DNA of 64,000 nt, from positions 832,001-896,000 of the forward strand of contig JALDAJ010000001.1 of NCBI GenBank assembly GCA_022729235.1. Direction: 5' to 3'. Positions 37,175-47,202 of the stretch are shown here, piece by piece (positions within the stretch are counted from its first letter, which is position 1; the number at the start of each line of letters is the position of its first letter). This DNA comes from Candidatus Nanohalarchaeota archaeon. GTDB taxonomy: Archaea; Nanohalarchaeota; Nanosalinia; Nanosalinales; Nanosalinaceae. The notes under the pieces are model-generated. The model searched no databases. It was not told where the DNA came from and was given only the letters and a program-made list of their open reading frames with translations. The translations under genes were made by a program, and so were the position numbers.

Positions 37175-38161
37175 CTACTCCACTTCATCCAGTGTGTCCA
37201 GTGCTCTTGGACTTACCAGTGCAAGGTCCTGGAAGTCCTTGGTCATTCTGGGGCAGGCGCAGTTGACGTAGATGTCGATTCCGTAACCGCGGTAGTCTGA
37301 TTCGAAGATGCGGTCTTCGACGAATAAGTAGACGTCCTTGCCGTGTTTCTCCAGTTTCTCCTTCGCTATTTCTACGGCGCGCATGTAGTTCTGGCCTTTC
37401 TTCGATGAGGTGATGATTCCCCACTTCTGCTTGTCCTTGTACTTCATGACGCGGGCGATTTCCGCCTTCATCTCGTCGTCCAGTGAGTTCGGTGGCTCGA
37501 CCCAGATATGTTTCTCGTAGGGATCGACCACGTACACCTTCTTGCCGGTCTCCGATACCTGCGAGGGATGGAAGTGTCCCGAGCCGAGGAAGACGAACGC
37601 GTCGACTTTCTCCGCGATGTTGTGCGCGGCGCCTGCGTCGCATCCGAGCACCTGTCCGGGTTCCGAGGTTCGTAGACCTGTCTTACCTTCCACGACATCA
37701 TAACCCTTGTCTTCAAGGAACTCTCTGGCGGGTTCGGCGCGGTCCATGTACTGTGTGACGCCGACAAGCCCGAGTTTATCCCCCTCGATCTCATCGTAAT
37801 GCTCCTCCAGGACACTCATTATATCTCGGTCCTCGCGGTAAGGAAGGTAGTAGACGTCCGCGTCCATCATGTCCGCTCCTTCAGGGTGGAGGAACCGTGT
37901 GTGTCCGATGTGTATGAGTGCGTCCGCGTCCATCCTCTTCGCTTTCTCATCTGCGATACCGCAGGCGCCGAATGTTGATGCGCCGACGATGACCGGTTCT
38001 ATATCATGTTTTCTAAGCCTGTCAGCGTACTCTATAATCTGCGGTTTGATGCCGTCAGGACCCTGTAACCCGATGCGGTTGTAATCCTTTTCTCTGACCT
38101 CTTCCAGGACTTCTTCAAAAGTCTCGTAGTTAAACTTTTCCCGCTCTTTTTGTTCTGGCAT
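37175..38161 (-). CDS. dph2: diphthamide biosynthesis radical-SAM-like enzyme Dph2
   Basis: LQGPDG, GAC, GQVLGC, G.FHP, K.GQ, ACPR. Confidence 0.92.
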   Translation of the reverse strand: MPEQKEREKFNYETFEEVLEEVREKDYNRIGLQGPDGIKPQIIEYADRLRKHDIEPVIVGASTFGACGIADEKAKRMDADALIHIGHTRFLHPEGADMMDADVYYLPYREDRDIMSVLEEHYDEIEGDKLGLVGVTQYMDRAEPAREFLEDKGYDVVEGKTGLRTSEPGQVLGCDAGAAHNIAEKVDAFVFLGSGHFHPSQVSETGKKVYVVDPYEKHIWVEPPNSLDDEMKAEIARVMKYKDKQKWGIITSSKKGQNYMRAVEIAKEKLEKHGKDVYLFVEDRIFESDYRGYGIDIYVNCACPRMTKDFQDLALVSPRALDTLDEVE

Positions 38162-38186
38162 ACTGTCTTTATAAGCCGCAAGCTTT

Positions 38187-39704
38187 TTACTTGGAAAGCT
38201 CTCTCAACTGCTTAAGAATAAATCTCCGTTCCTCCCGCTCCACAACTTTCTCCAGCTGCTCCAGGTTTCTTGAGGTTCCGAAGACATCGAAACCTGCGCT
38301 CACTGCCGCGCGGATTATCTCTGGTTCCGGATAGTCGACAAGAAGTATCTTCAGGTCTGCATCAAGATACGTTATCGCCTCTTCAAGCCCTTCTCTTCCA
38401 AGCTTCCTCGCATCGAGCACTGCTTTTTCGCCTTCGAAGCCAAATATTTCGCCGTAGCTGGTTAGATATCCCGAGCTCGGTATGGTGTCTGCTCTAGCGT
38501 TTCTGTCCGTCACTGCGTACCGCGATCTTGAGAACGGAGGTGTCATGTAAATCCCGTTACCGGAGTCTATGGGAAGTACTTCTGATGCTGTTCCAGCGAC
38601 CTTTCCGTGTAGGTCTTCCGGTTCATTGGTCTCTCCTGTTACTGTCACCTGGCGGGGTTCGAGTGATACGTGCTGTCCCTGTTCCAGCTCCTCTCTAAAA
38701 CTGAACACTGCGGGTTTCTCTCTACTCCTGGCGAGCTGTGCATGTGTGGATGTGTAACCTCCTTTTTTCGATATAACAGCTTCAGGATACTTGTCCGGTG
38801 ACACCGTCTCCTCTGAATACGCTATTTCTCTCCCGATCTCTCCTTCTATTTCTCCTTCTGATACTCGTATCCCTTCCAGAGACAGGGATGTTGTTCCGAA
38901 CGGATTCACGTGCCCTGTTTCGGATGCATCGACTACGTAGAAACTTCCCCTCTTGTATACGAACTTCACGTCCACGTTTTCCTGTTCAAGTGACTGGAAG
39001 AGCTGTATGACTTCTTCATCGCTGAACGGCGGTTCAGGTCTAACAGTCTTCTTCTCATGTTTCCCGTTCATGTTATTTCTCTCGACTGCCACCTGTTTCT
39101 CCGGAATCCGTCTTTCTTCAACCCGGTTTCCTACCAGGTACATCGCCGGTGTTGTAACGCCTTCCTCTATAGATGCTCCCAGTCCCTCGACTGTTTCAAG
39201 CAGGCTATAGTTGCCGAAGTAAGATGTGATAGCGGCACCGCTGTATCCTGGCTCCACCATCTGCTGGACTATTACTGCGGGATAATCTTGCTCTGTTTCT
39301 ACCTGGTAATAGGAGGCTATTACTTCTTTTAACGCGTCTTCTAGTCCTGAAGCTCCAACGTTCAACCGGTAGTCGAACACGCCTTCCCTGTCGTCCGATA
39401 CTCTCAAAGACACTCGCTGACCGTTCCGTTGTCCTCCGACCAGGTTTCTCGCTTTCCCGGACGCCTCGCGTACCTCGGAGCTCATACCTATCTCATCGTA
39501 GGCTTTCTCGACTTTTTTCCAGGTACTACCTGAGAACTGTTTGTTGACAACTTCTTCTGATGAATCTGCTTCGCCTATCAGCTCTCTAACATCTGTTCGT
39601 GTTATGGTGAAGAAATTAGGTACATTCAGGCTCTCTACGGAATCCAGTCTCGCGGCTTTTCCGCCTGATTCCTCACGGGTTACCTCTCCTTTCCACTCTA
39701 CCAT
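38187..39704 (-). CDS. shortened PEP synthase/PPDK-like protein
   Basis: GGKAARL, AVIVQQMV, EGLG.SI.EG, GGYTSTHAQLAR. Confidence 0.7.
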   Translation of the reverse strand: MVEWKGEVTREESGGKAARLDSVESLNVPNFFTITRTDVRELIGEADSSEEVVNKQFSGSTWKKVEKAYDEIGMSSEVREASGKARNLVGGQRNGQRVSLRVSDDREGVFDYRLNVGASGLEDALKEVIASYYQVETEQDYPAVIVQQMVEPGYSGAAITSYFGNYSLLETVEGLGASIEEGVTTPAMYLVGNRVEERRIPEKQVAVERNNMNGKHEKKTVRPEPPFSDEEVIQLFQSLEQENVDVKFVYKRGSFYVVDASETGHVNPFGTTSLSLEGIRVSEGEIEGEIGREIAYSEETVSPDKYPEAVISKKGGYTSTHAQLARSREKPAVFSFREELEQGQHVSLEPRQVTVTGETNEPEDLHGKVAGTASEVLPIDSGNGIYMTPPFSRSRYAVTDRNARADTIPSSGYLTSYGEIFGFEGEKAVLDARKLGREGLEEAITYLDADLKILLVDYPEPEIIRAAVSAGFDVFGTSRNLEQLEKVVEREERRFILKQLRELSK

Positions 39705-39768
39705 AGTTACAGTATTCTGTTTATTTCCTAATTAAACCCTTCCTCCAATATGATTCTGGGGGAGGAAG

Positions 39769-40185
39769 ATGTCGGAGGCGGAAAAGTGGCCATTGTACCA
39801 GGACGGGAGAGAAAGGTTTCTAGCCCGTATCCTGGGATTAGAGGATGATTTGAACCATTCCCGGTTTTTCATCGAGGCGGTTGACCGTGTACCTATCTGG
39901 CTAGATAATGAAGGTGTTAAAGTATCAACATACCATCCTGACAGTATAAAGAAAGTGATGGAAGGAATTGCCGGGGAGCGAGGGACCGAGGTCGAACTAC
40001 CTGGTGACTGGAATGATTATAAGGCGGATATGGGTGCGGCTCTATCCGGTATTAACGAGTTAACAGATGATGACGCTCTAGAAGAGATATCTACCTATGG
40101 GCGTAACCATAAGCGCTACCGGGGCAATATCGGTAAAGAAGAACTGATGGAGATAAGAGATGATGTTGAAAGGTACTTTCTCTAG
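39769..40185 (+). CDS. hypothetical protein
   Basis: 138-aa acidic ORF with GGAGG upstream. Confidence 0.65.
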   Translation: MSEAEKWPLYQDGRERFLARILGLEDDLNHSRFFIEAVDRVPIWLDNEGVKVSTYHPDSIKKVMEGIAGERGTEVELPGDWNDYKADMGAALSGINELTDDDALEEISTYGRNHKRYRGNIGKEELMEIRDDVERYFL

Positions 40186-40188
40186 GTA

Positions 40189-40713
40189 TTACTTATCCAT
40201 CTTGACCCTGAATCCGACAGGCAGCTTCTTTCCAGCCCTGTCAAGCGCCTTCCGTGCCTCTGGAACGTTCTCTTCATCGACTCTTATTCGGAAAATTACC
40301 TGGTCATCGTCAACAAGTGATGCCCTCCCGGTTGGGCGACCGAAAGGCTTTCTCATACCCTCGTAGTACCTGTCTGCGCCCGCGACCCCTGCAAGAGGGT
40401 GGTACCTTAGTACGTGGTGAGGGTAAGGCAGAAGTTTCATGTGGTAGTCTTCTTCCATGTCAAGCTCCTTACTTAGGTAAGAGTTCGCCGCAATCCTTGC
40501 AGCTTCCAGCGCCTCCGATCTGATGGCGCACCCTTCTTCGATGTGTAGAACAACTGCAGTCTCGAAGTCCTTGTTCTTGGCGCCCTGCTCGTACTGTGTA
40601 ATCCTTGGCGCAGGTGCTCCTGTAACATAGTTATCTTTATCGCTGGTCTGGGACTGCCTCGTATAAGGTTGACCGGGCTTGTCCCTGTAGATACGTGCTG
40701 GTCTATCTCCCAT
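40189..40713 (-). CDS. rpl10e: 50S ribosomal protein L10e (uL16)
   Basis: RPARIYR, ALEAARI, YPHHVLR, AGADR..GMRKPFG.P. Confidence 0.96.
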   Translation of the reverse strand: MGDRPARIYRDKPGQPYTRQSQTSDKDNYVTGAPAPRITQYEQGAKNKDFETAVVLHIEEGCAIRSEALEAARIAANSYLSKELDMEEDYHMKLLPYPHHVLRYHPLAGVAGADRYYEGMRKPFGRPTGRASLVDDDQVIFRIRVDEENVPEARKALDRAGKKLPVGFRVKMDK

Positions 40714-40774
40714 TTTTGATAAACACCTTACAGAGAAGGTCTGACTTAAGTTTTAAATAGGGCTTGGCTATAGT

Positions 40775-41242
40775 CTATCCAAGAATCTCTGCTTGTCTGA
40801 AATCATTTGCATCCAGTGCCTCGGGCAGAGTTACATCTTCCTCGTCCAGTACATCCTGTAAAGTTCTTTCTATTATCGGCATCTCCTCGTTAATTCCGAT
40901 GAATCTCAGTAATGCTTCTTCATAGTCTCTCTGGGCTTCTATCATCGATGCGAAATCAACTACCTGTCTTTCATCCAGTTTTAATTCGTCCTTTGTCTGA
41001 GTGTAATGATGTGGATCTTCTCTATCTGATTTTATTTCTCCGTAAACTAGAGATCTTGCTGAGACATCGTTCATTTGCTGGTAAATTTCATACCCTTCCC
41101 GTAGAGGGTCTAACACCATATCCGTGTCATAATCCTCATCAATAACTTTATTCAGTCCATCATGTATTTCTCTAACATAGCCGTACATCTCATCCTTCAG
41201 GGTAAGCAACTCTCTTGAGAATTCCTTTTCAGGATCAGACAT
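40775..41242 (-). CDS. hypothetical protein
   Basis: 155-aa acidic ORF. Confidence 0.65.
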   Translation of the reverse strand: MSDPEKEFSRELLTLKDEMYGYVREIHDGLNKVIDEDYDTDMVLDPLREGYEIYQQMNDVSARSLVYGEIKSDREDPHHYTQTKDELKLDERQVVDFASMIEAQRDYEEALLRFIGINEEMPIIERTLQDVLDEEDVTLPEALDANDFRQAEILG

Positions 41243-41346
41243 ACTCCAACAATAGGTTGTTATTTTTAAATAGTAAATCTAGGATCTGTCTTTAGTATGA
41301 CTCAGATAATCTGTTTTCTAGAAAGTAACATTTTGGACTGCATACC

Positions 41347-41481
41347 CTACCGTGCCTTGTTCATGTGTTTCATGCAGAACTGGTGGCAGTAGCCTTCGCC
41401 TGTCTCGTAAAAATCAGCTTTCATGCGGACAATACTGCCGCAGAGTATGCAGTCTCCTATAGGTAATGATGATTCTTTCAT
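41347..41481 (-). CDS. 44-aa zinc-binding microprotein (not in ORF track)
   Basis: MKESSLPIGDCILCG...GYCHQFCMKH; G-rich SD-like sequence upstream. Confidence 0.5.
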   Translation of the reverse strand: MKESSLPIGDCILCGSIVRMKADFYETGEGYCHQFCMKHMNKAR

Positions 41482-41585
41482 CCCCCTTCCCCCGGCACAA
41501 GGTTATCGGTGCTTCATTAAAAAGGTGTGTTTACTTGAGTGGTGCTTCAATCGATATTTTAAATTCCGGAGAACTGATTTGGTAC

Positions 41586-42845
41586 GTGAAGTCGCTGAAA
41601 ATATACCAGATAGGGCTCGGAAGTTTTGGACGTCACGGCTTTGAGAAGCTGGTGGAGATGCATAACCACCTGGAAGAGGTAGATGTAGAGCTGAAAGGTG
41701 TCTGTGAAAGAGATTTTGACAGGTTAGAGGAGGCACAAAAATTTGCCGAGGCGAACGGTATCGATATCGAGACGTTTCACAGCGTAGAGGAGATGTACGA
41801 CGCGGCAGAAGAAGAGAGTGGAAAAGTGATGTTCTACGGTGCAGGTCCTGCAGACGTTCACGCCCATCACATATACGAGTCACTGCAGAGAGGGTTTTTC
41901 CACCTGGCGGAGAAACCGCCGTCGATGACGAGAGAACAGCACCTGAGGGAGAAGGAGCTTTCGAAGGAGCGCGATGTGTTCTACAAGGTTGACTTCGTTG
42001 AGAGAGAAAACCCTGTCGTGAAAAAAGCACTTGACCTGCTTGAAGGCGAGGACATCGAATCGATAAAGGTTTTCAGGGAGAGTAGCATCGGTGCGCAGAA
42101 AGTCCTTCAGCCAGTGGAAAGGCAGGGTGTTAAAGGAGGGGATATACTTGACAAGATGGTTCACGAGGTATACGTCCTGGACTTCCTTGAGGCTGCAGGT
42201 ATGGAGCCGGAACTGGAGCTGGAGGAGGCTGTATCTCCTTACTTCATGCCTAAAACTCCAGGGTCAGAAAAACTGATGTCGGTCAACGGTAGTGTACTGG
42301 AGGATATCAGTGAAAAGACGGCGACGGGTAGAACCCATGCTGTGTTCCAGGCAGGTGATGTCGACGTAGAGTTTTACTCGAGCTGGTTAGGTGTTAGTGA
42401 GGAGGCAAAGAGCGCCGCGGAAAGAGTGGAAGACCTTGTGGAAGAATCAGTTATTGATAGGAGTCACAGAGGTGCCGGTGACAAAGCGTTCGTTGACGAG
42501 GAGGCACGTTTCTTCGTGGTGGAGGGTACCCGGGAACTAGCAGGAGACATGCTTCACGGAAACCTTTACGATCTTGATTCAGGTCAGCAGATCGAGGTCC
42601 CTGATCTTCTCCACGATCAGCTCTACCGTGTCGTGGAAAAGGCAGTATTATCTGCAGTGGGTAAAGATGTAGATCACGAGGTCACGGAAAAGGAAATCGA
42701 TATTTTCATGAACGCAGTGTTTGACGTGAAAGAGAGAGTGGTTGAAAACGCGGACGGGTTCATGGATGAGCTTGAGCGCGCCAATAGAAGGCTTAAAGAG
42801 ATGATTATAGAGGATTTAAAGATGGAGGAAGGGGTGACAGCATGA
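41586..42845 (+). CDS. Gfo/Idh/MocA-family oxidoreductase
   Basis: IGLGSFG, AEKP, GGDILDK.VH; likely GTG start near 41586 (track starts 41466). Confidence 0.75.
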   Translation: MKSLKIYQIGLGSFGRHGFEKLVEMHNHLEEVDVELKGVCERDFDRLEEAQKFAEANGIDIETFHSVEEMYDAAEEESGKVMFYGAGPADVHAHHIYESLQRGFFHLAEKPPSMTREQHLREKELSKERDVFYKVDFVERENPVVKKALDLLEGEDIESIKVFRESSIGAQKVLQPVERQGVKGGDILDKMVHEVYVLDFLEAAGMEPELELEEAVSPYFMPKTPGSEKLMSVNGSVLEDISEKTATGRTHAVFQAGDVDVEFYSSWLGVSEEAKSAAERVEDLVEESVIDRSHRGAGDKAFVDEEARFFVVEGTRELAGDMLHGNLYDLDSGQQIEVPDLLHDQLYRVVEKAVLSAVGKDVDHEVTEKEIDIFMNAVFDVKERVVENADGFMDELERANRRLKEMIIEDLKMEEGVTA

Positions 42846-43936
42846 AAGCAGTTATACCGGTTGCGGCGAAGAAAGAGTCTCTTTTCCCGTTCTCGGAGTC
42901 CAGACCAGTAGGTTTGATGCCGGTGGTAGGTAAGCCGCTGGTAAGCCATCTGATATCTGCGCTCCAGGAAGTAGGTGTTGACGATATCTACCTGGTTACG
43001 AACTACATGGAGGAGCAGTTCGAGGAAGTTTTCGATGAGTACACTAATGTCAACCTGATAACCCAGGAAGAACTGAACGGTACAGCTGCAGCGGTCAACT
43101 GCTGTGACTTTATAGATGAAGAGTTTTTCGTTGTCAACGGTGATGTGATGGTCTCCCAGCGCGACCTGGAGAGTCTTCTTGAGAAACACAATAACTCGGG
43201 AGACGGGGTTACCCTGCTTGCAACAGACCAGAGAAAGCCGGAGAAGTTTGGTGTCCTGAGCATAACCAATGACCGTGTCAAATCGATAGAGGAGAAACCT
43301 GAAGAGGCGGAAAACCCGCTTGTAAACACTGGTATCTATGTTTTTGATCCAGAGATATTTGATTATATTCAGAGACTTGAAAACGACTACCTTAGTTTAA
43401 CAGATGCTGTCGCAGGGATGATCGGTGACAGCGAGGGGCGTTTTGAGCTTATCCAGGATTACTGGTTCGATATAAACTCACCCCGGAAGCTGTGGGAGGC
43501 GGACAAGATAAAACGAGATCACGATACCAGGGGAGTTCACGGGGAAGCAGATATCAGTGAAAACGCGGAGGTAGGTGATAACGTAGTCATAGAGAAAGGT
43601 GCAGAGGTCAGACCCGGATCTGTTATAGAAGGAAGCTACATTGGTGAAAACGCGGTTATAGGACCGAACACAGTCGTCAAAGGGTCAACGGTTTCAAGAA
43701 ACAGCGACCTTGAGGAGTGCAGTGTTTCCAACTCACTCCTGTTCGAACGCACCGCCCTGAAGGCGTTCACCTCGATTGAGCAGTGTATACTTGGAGAAGA
43801 GGTTGAGGTCGAGCCCGGGACGGTTATACGGGAATCGTTTATCGGTCCACGCAGTTTTATCGAGATGAACAACTCTATACGGAACGTGGAATTCGTTCCT
43901 GATGCAAGAACAGATCTTGGTGAAATCAGTAAGTAA
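42842..43936 (+). CDS. sugar-phosphate nucleotidyltransferase with left-handed beta-helix
   Basis: KAVIPVA, GTA.A, VVNGD, EEKP, VNTGIY, hexapeptide repeats; degenerate GxGxR motif. Confidence 0.85.
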   Translation: MKAVIPVAAKKESLFPFSESRPVGLMPVVGKPLVSHLISALQEVGVDDIYLVTNYMEEQFEEVFDEYTNVNLITQEELNGTAAAVNCCDFIDEEFFVVNGDVMVSQRDLESLLEKHNNSGDGVTLLATDQRKPEKFGVLSITNDRVKSIEEKPEEAENPLVNTGIYVFDPEIFDYIQRLENDYLSLTDAVAGMIGDSEGRFELIQDYWFDINSPRKLWEADKIKRDHDTRGVHGEADISENAEVGDNVVIEKGAEVRPGSVIEGSYIGENAVIGPNTVVKGSTVSRNSDLEECSVSNSLLFERTALKAFTSIEQCILGEEVEVEPGTVIRESFIGPRSFIEMNNSIRNVEFVPDARTDLGEISK

Positions 43937-44022
43937 TCCTGTATGTTAAACTTTTCTGTTGTTCTACACATTTGTCGTTCTGTATGGCATCATATGAAGT
44001 AGAATAGATATTTTAGACCTGC

Positions 44023-45477
44023 ATGGAACTCAAGGTCCGTGAAGGGGAGAGTAAAGAGGTTAAATCAGCTATTGATGGCGCAGATATCTGGTTAACCCCG
44101 GAGGTTAAGAATCAGGTAGCAGAGATAGAAAATAGTTATCCTTATTACTGGGGTGACGGAGAGCTCAAGGAAGCAGTTTTCCGGGTTTCGCACCAGATTC
44201 ATGGTTTCCTTGAGATGGATCGGGTAGACCCCGGGAGCAATGATATACTTGTTGCGACAGACTTTGACGGTCCAGTGAATATCCTGGATTCTACAGTTTT
44301 AGAGCAGTTGCCAGGAGATAATCGTCCCGGTGATGTCAACATGCATCCCGGGTTCCAGGAAGCGTGGGAGTTTATTCCTTATGAGACCAGTGTTTTGACC
44401 TCGGTGATATCCAACAGGAGTGTTCCTTACCTCCAGTACTGGTCAGATAACCATCTCGGCGACTTCCTTGGCTCAAGACTGACCCTGGTAGGTGAGGGGG
44501 GAGCAACTTATACGGAGGGACTGGCTGACAGTGTCTCGTCCGCGGTGGAGCTGGAAAACATTCATTTTACATCTATGCCTGATATCTCCGTTACAGATAC
44601 CCTTTACAGGGAAGGAGAGGGTATAGATATCAGTGAAAGGGTGGGGCTGGAAAGAGAAATATACCGCAGGGCAGCGGATGAAGGTCGGAAGATAGTATCT
44701 GCCCGGAAGTTCTCCCCTGAGATGGTAACCGTCAGCTTTGAAGGTTCAGGTCTTAACCTGGAAGAGGAAAGAACTGGTATCTGGAACAGTGATTTCTATG
44801 CAGAAACGTACGGAGACATATCAATAGAGGAGTTATGGGACTTTATATCTGATTTTGAAGAAGGAGAGTTTTACCGCCTTGGGAGCACAGATGCTATAGT
44901 ATTCAGGGACAGTTACGAGAGCGCTAAAACTCTTAGCAGGGTCCTGAATTACAAGCCCGCTGAACTCCGGTTTGACAGACCTAATGAAGGACTTCTTGAA
45001 AAAATTCCGGGGAAACAGGTAGAGAGCCCGGAGAATTATCTGATGTTCACCACTCATCCCATGGCTGATGAAGATTACACGTTTAAGGATGCCAGAGAGG
45101 ACCTAGAAGCTGCGGCACGCTGTTACAGGGAAAGAACAGGGAATGAAGTAGAACTGGTTCATAACACAGACTGGTGGACCGATTATATTCTCGGCGAAAA
45201 AACAGGTAAGGAAAGTTCAACAGAGGAACTCCTGGAAAATCACCCAAGATTCCGTCCTGAAAACACTGTTATCTTTTATATGGGGGACAAGTCTACGGAC
45301 GTCTATACCGGAGATAGATCTTACTTTTTCGCACAGGAAGGAAAACCTGCTGAAGACGCAGCCAGGGACAAAGGTACTCGATACGGTGTAGCAGAGACCT
45401 CTGTGGACTACGCACTAGGAATCGCGGATTTGATGTACCACGTAGGTGTGACTGATGACTCAGAGAGCGGTTCCTGA
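44023..45477 (+). CDS. divergent HAD-superfamily-like protein
   Basis: VATDFDG, ISNR, GK, YMGDKSTD. Confidence 0.55.
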   Translation: MELKVREGESKEVKSAIDGADIWLTPEVKNQVAEIENSYPYYWGDGELKEAVFRVSHQIHGFLEMDRVDPGSNDILVATDFDGPVNILDSTVLEQLPGDNRPGDVNMHPGFQEAWEFIPYETSVLTSVISNRSVPYLQYWSDNHLGDFLGSRLTLVGEGGATYTEGLADSVSSAVELENIHFTSMPDISVTDTLYREGEGIDISERVGLEREIYRRAADEGRKIVSARKFSPEMVTVSFEGSGLNLEEERTGIWNSDFYAETYGDISIEELWDFISDFEEGEFYRLGSTDAIVFRDSYESAKTLSRVLNYKPAELRFDRPNEGLLEKIPGKQVESPENYLMFTTHPMADEDYTFKDAREDLEAAARCYRERTGNEVELVHNTDWWTDYILGEKTGKESSTEELLENHPRFRPENTVIFYMGDKSTDVYTGDRSYFFAQEGKPAEDAARDKGTRYGVAETSVDYALGIADLMYHVGVTDDSESGS

Positions 45478-45514
45478 CCTAAAGACATAAAGAAGTAATG
45501 AAGATAATTTTTCG

Positions 45515-46708
45515 GTGATGAAAGCCGTTATCCTCGCTGCGGGTAAAGGGACTCGTATGAGACCTCTCACAGAGGATACACCTAAACCTCTTCTACCGGT
45601 TGCAGGAAAACCTATAATCCGGCATACAGTTGATCTTTTAGAAGGACACGTAGAGGAGATAATCGTTGTAGCGGGGTACGAGAAACAGCAGGTAGAGGAC
45701 TTTTTCTCCAGTGATTCGTATGTTCGGGTGGTAGAACAGGAAGAACCTCTTGGAACCGCTGACGCAGCATTGACTGCCCAGGACTACGTGGATGGGAAGA
45801 CGCTGGTGATTAATGGCGATGATATCTACCGGGTTGACATGGAGGGAATAAGAACGGTGGACAGAGGCGTCATTGCTTCAGAAGTAGACGACCCGGAGAG
45901 TTATGGGGTAATCAGTGCTGAGGACGGACAGGTTAAAGGTATAGAAGAAAAACCGGATAATCCTGGTTCAAACCTGGTGAATACAGGGTTCTACATCGTA
46001 CAAGAGGATTTTTTCGAGTTACTTGAAAAAGTGGAAGAGTCGGAAAGAGGAGAGTACGAGATAACACGTGCTTTAAACCAGTATATCAAGAGCTACGGCG
46101 TCGAAGTTGTAGAGGCGGAGAACTGGTTTCCCTGCAGCTATCCGTGGCAACTTATCGAAGCAAACGAGCAACTGATGGATAGGCTGGAGGGCAGGATTGA
46201 AGGCGAGGTAGATAGGTCTGCCTCGGTAAATGGTGAAGTAGTAATAGAAGAAAACGCCGTTATCCAAGAAAACACGGTTATAGACGGACCTGCCATCATA
46301 AAAACAGGGGCTGAGATCGGTCCAAACGCGCATATCCGGCAAGGAACAGTACTTCACAACAATGTTAATGTCGGTAACGGCTCTGAGGTAAAGAATTCGG
46401 TGGTGATGGAGGACTCCTCACTACCGCACCTGAACTATATTGGAGACAGCTACGTAGGCAGAAATACCAACATCGGGGGAGGCACGATAACAGCTAATAT
46501 CCGCCACGATAATAAGGAGGTCATGATGGAGGTCAAGGACAGCCTTATGGAAACGGGTAGAGAGAAACTGGGGGCGGTTATAGGTCCGGGGGCTAAAATC
46601 GGTGTAAACTGCTCTATCAATCCTGGCAGGATAATCGGTTACGAAACAACGGTGGCGCCGGGAACAGTGGTTAAGAAGAATATTATTCCCGGGGCAGAAA
46701 AACGATGA
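45515..46708 (+). CDS. glmU: bifunctional sugar-1-phosphate nucleotidylyl/acetyltransferase (archaeal GlmU-like)
   Basis: LAAGKGTRM.PLT..PKPL, SERGEYEIT, YPW, PHLNYIGDS, TGREKLGA. Confidence 0.88.
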   Translation: MMKAVILAAGKGTRMRPLTEDTPKPLLPVAGKPIIRHTVDLLEGHVEEIIVVAGYEKQQVEDFFSSDSYVRVVEQEEPLGTADAALTAQDYVDGKTLVINGDDIYRVDMEGIRTVDRGVIASEVDDPESYGVISAEDGQVKGIEEKPDNPGSNLVNTGFYIVQEDFFELLEKVEESERGEYEITRALNQYIKSYGVEVVEAENWFPCSYPWQLIEANEQLMDRLEGRIEGEVDRSASVNGEVVIEENAVIQENTVIDGPAIIKTGAEIGPNAHIRQGTVLHNNVNVGNGSEVKNSVVMEDSSLPHLNYIGDSYVGRNTNIGGGTITANIRHDNKEVMMEVKDSLMETGREKLGAVIGPGAKIGVNCSINPGRIIGYETTVAPGTVVKKNIIPGAEKR

Positions 46709-47202
46709 AGATAGGTATTGACTTTGACCGCGTACTTTTCAAGACAGAAGAATTCAAGGAGTTCCTGGAACAAAAAATCCCGGGATTCATAGGAGCATAT
46801 CCTGAAGAAGGTGTTTACAATCCTGGTAGACATGCGGAAAGCCTTGGTATAGAAAAAGAAGAGATAATGGACGCGCTCGGGAACGCTGACAGGTTTATCA
46901 GGGATGATGCTTCAGAACTCAGGGAGCTCAGACCAGGTCATGAACTTGTACTTGTAAGCCGTGGAGACCCGGCGTTCCAGGGCAGGAAAATCACTAACTC
47001 AGGGGTATGCGAGCTATTCGATGCAGTGGTTGTCATAAAGGACGGACCAAAGGACAGGATTGATATCGACTTCCTGGTAGATGATGCCGATTTCGAACAT
47101 GAAAGAGCTGATGTACCCGGTTTCAGATTCGATATGAGAAGGCACAGTGTTAGAGATATAGTTGAGAAGGTGAGAGAGCTTGAAGCCAGAAAAAGTGTTT
47201 AA
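46705..47202 (+). CDS. HAD-like hydrolase
   Basis: IGIDFDRVLF, VSRG, LVDD. Confidence 0.7.
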   Translation: MKIGIDFDRVLFKTEEFKEFLEQKIPGFIGAYPEEGVYNPGRHAESLGIEKEEIMDALGNADRFIRDDASELRELRPGHELVLVSRGDPAFQGRKITNSGVCELFDAVVVIKDGPKDRIDIDFLVDDADFEHERADVPGFRFDMRRHSVRDIVEKVRELEARKSV

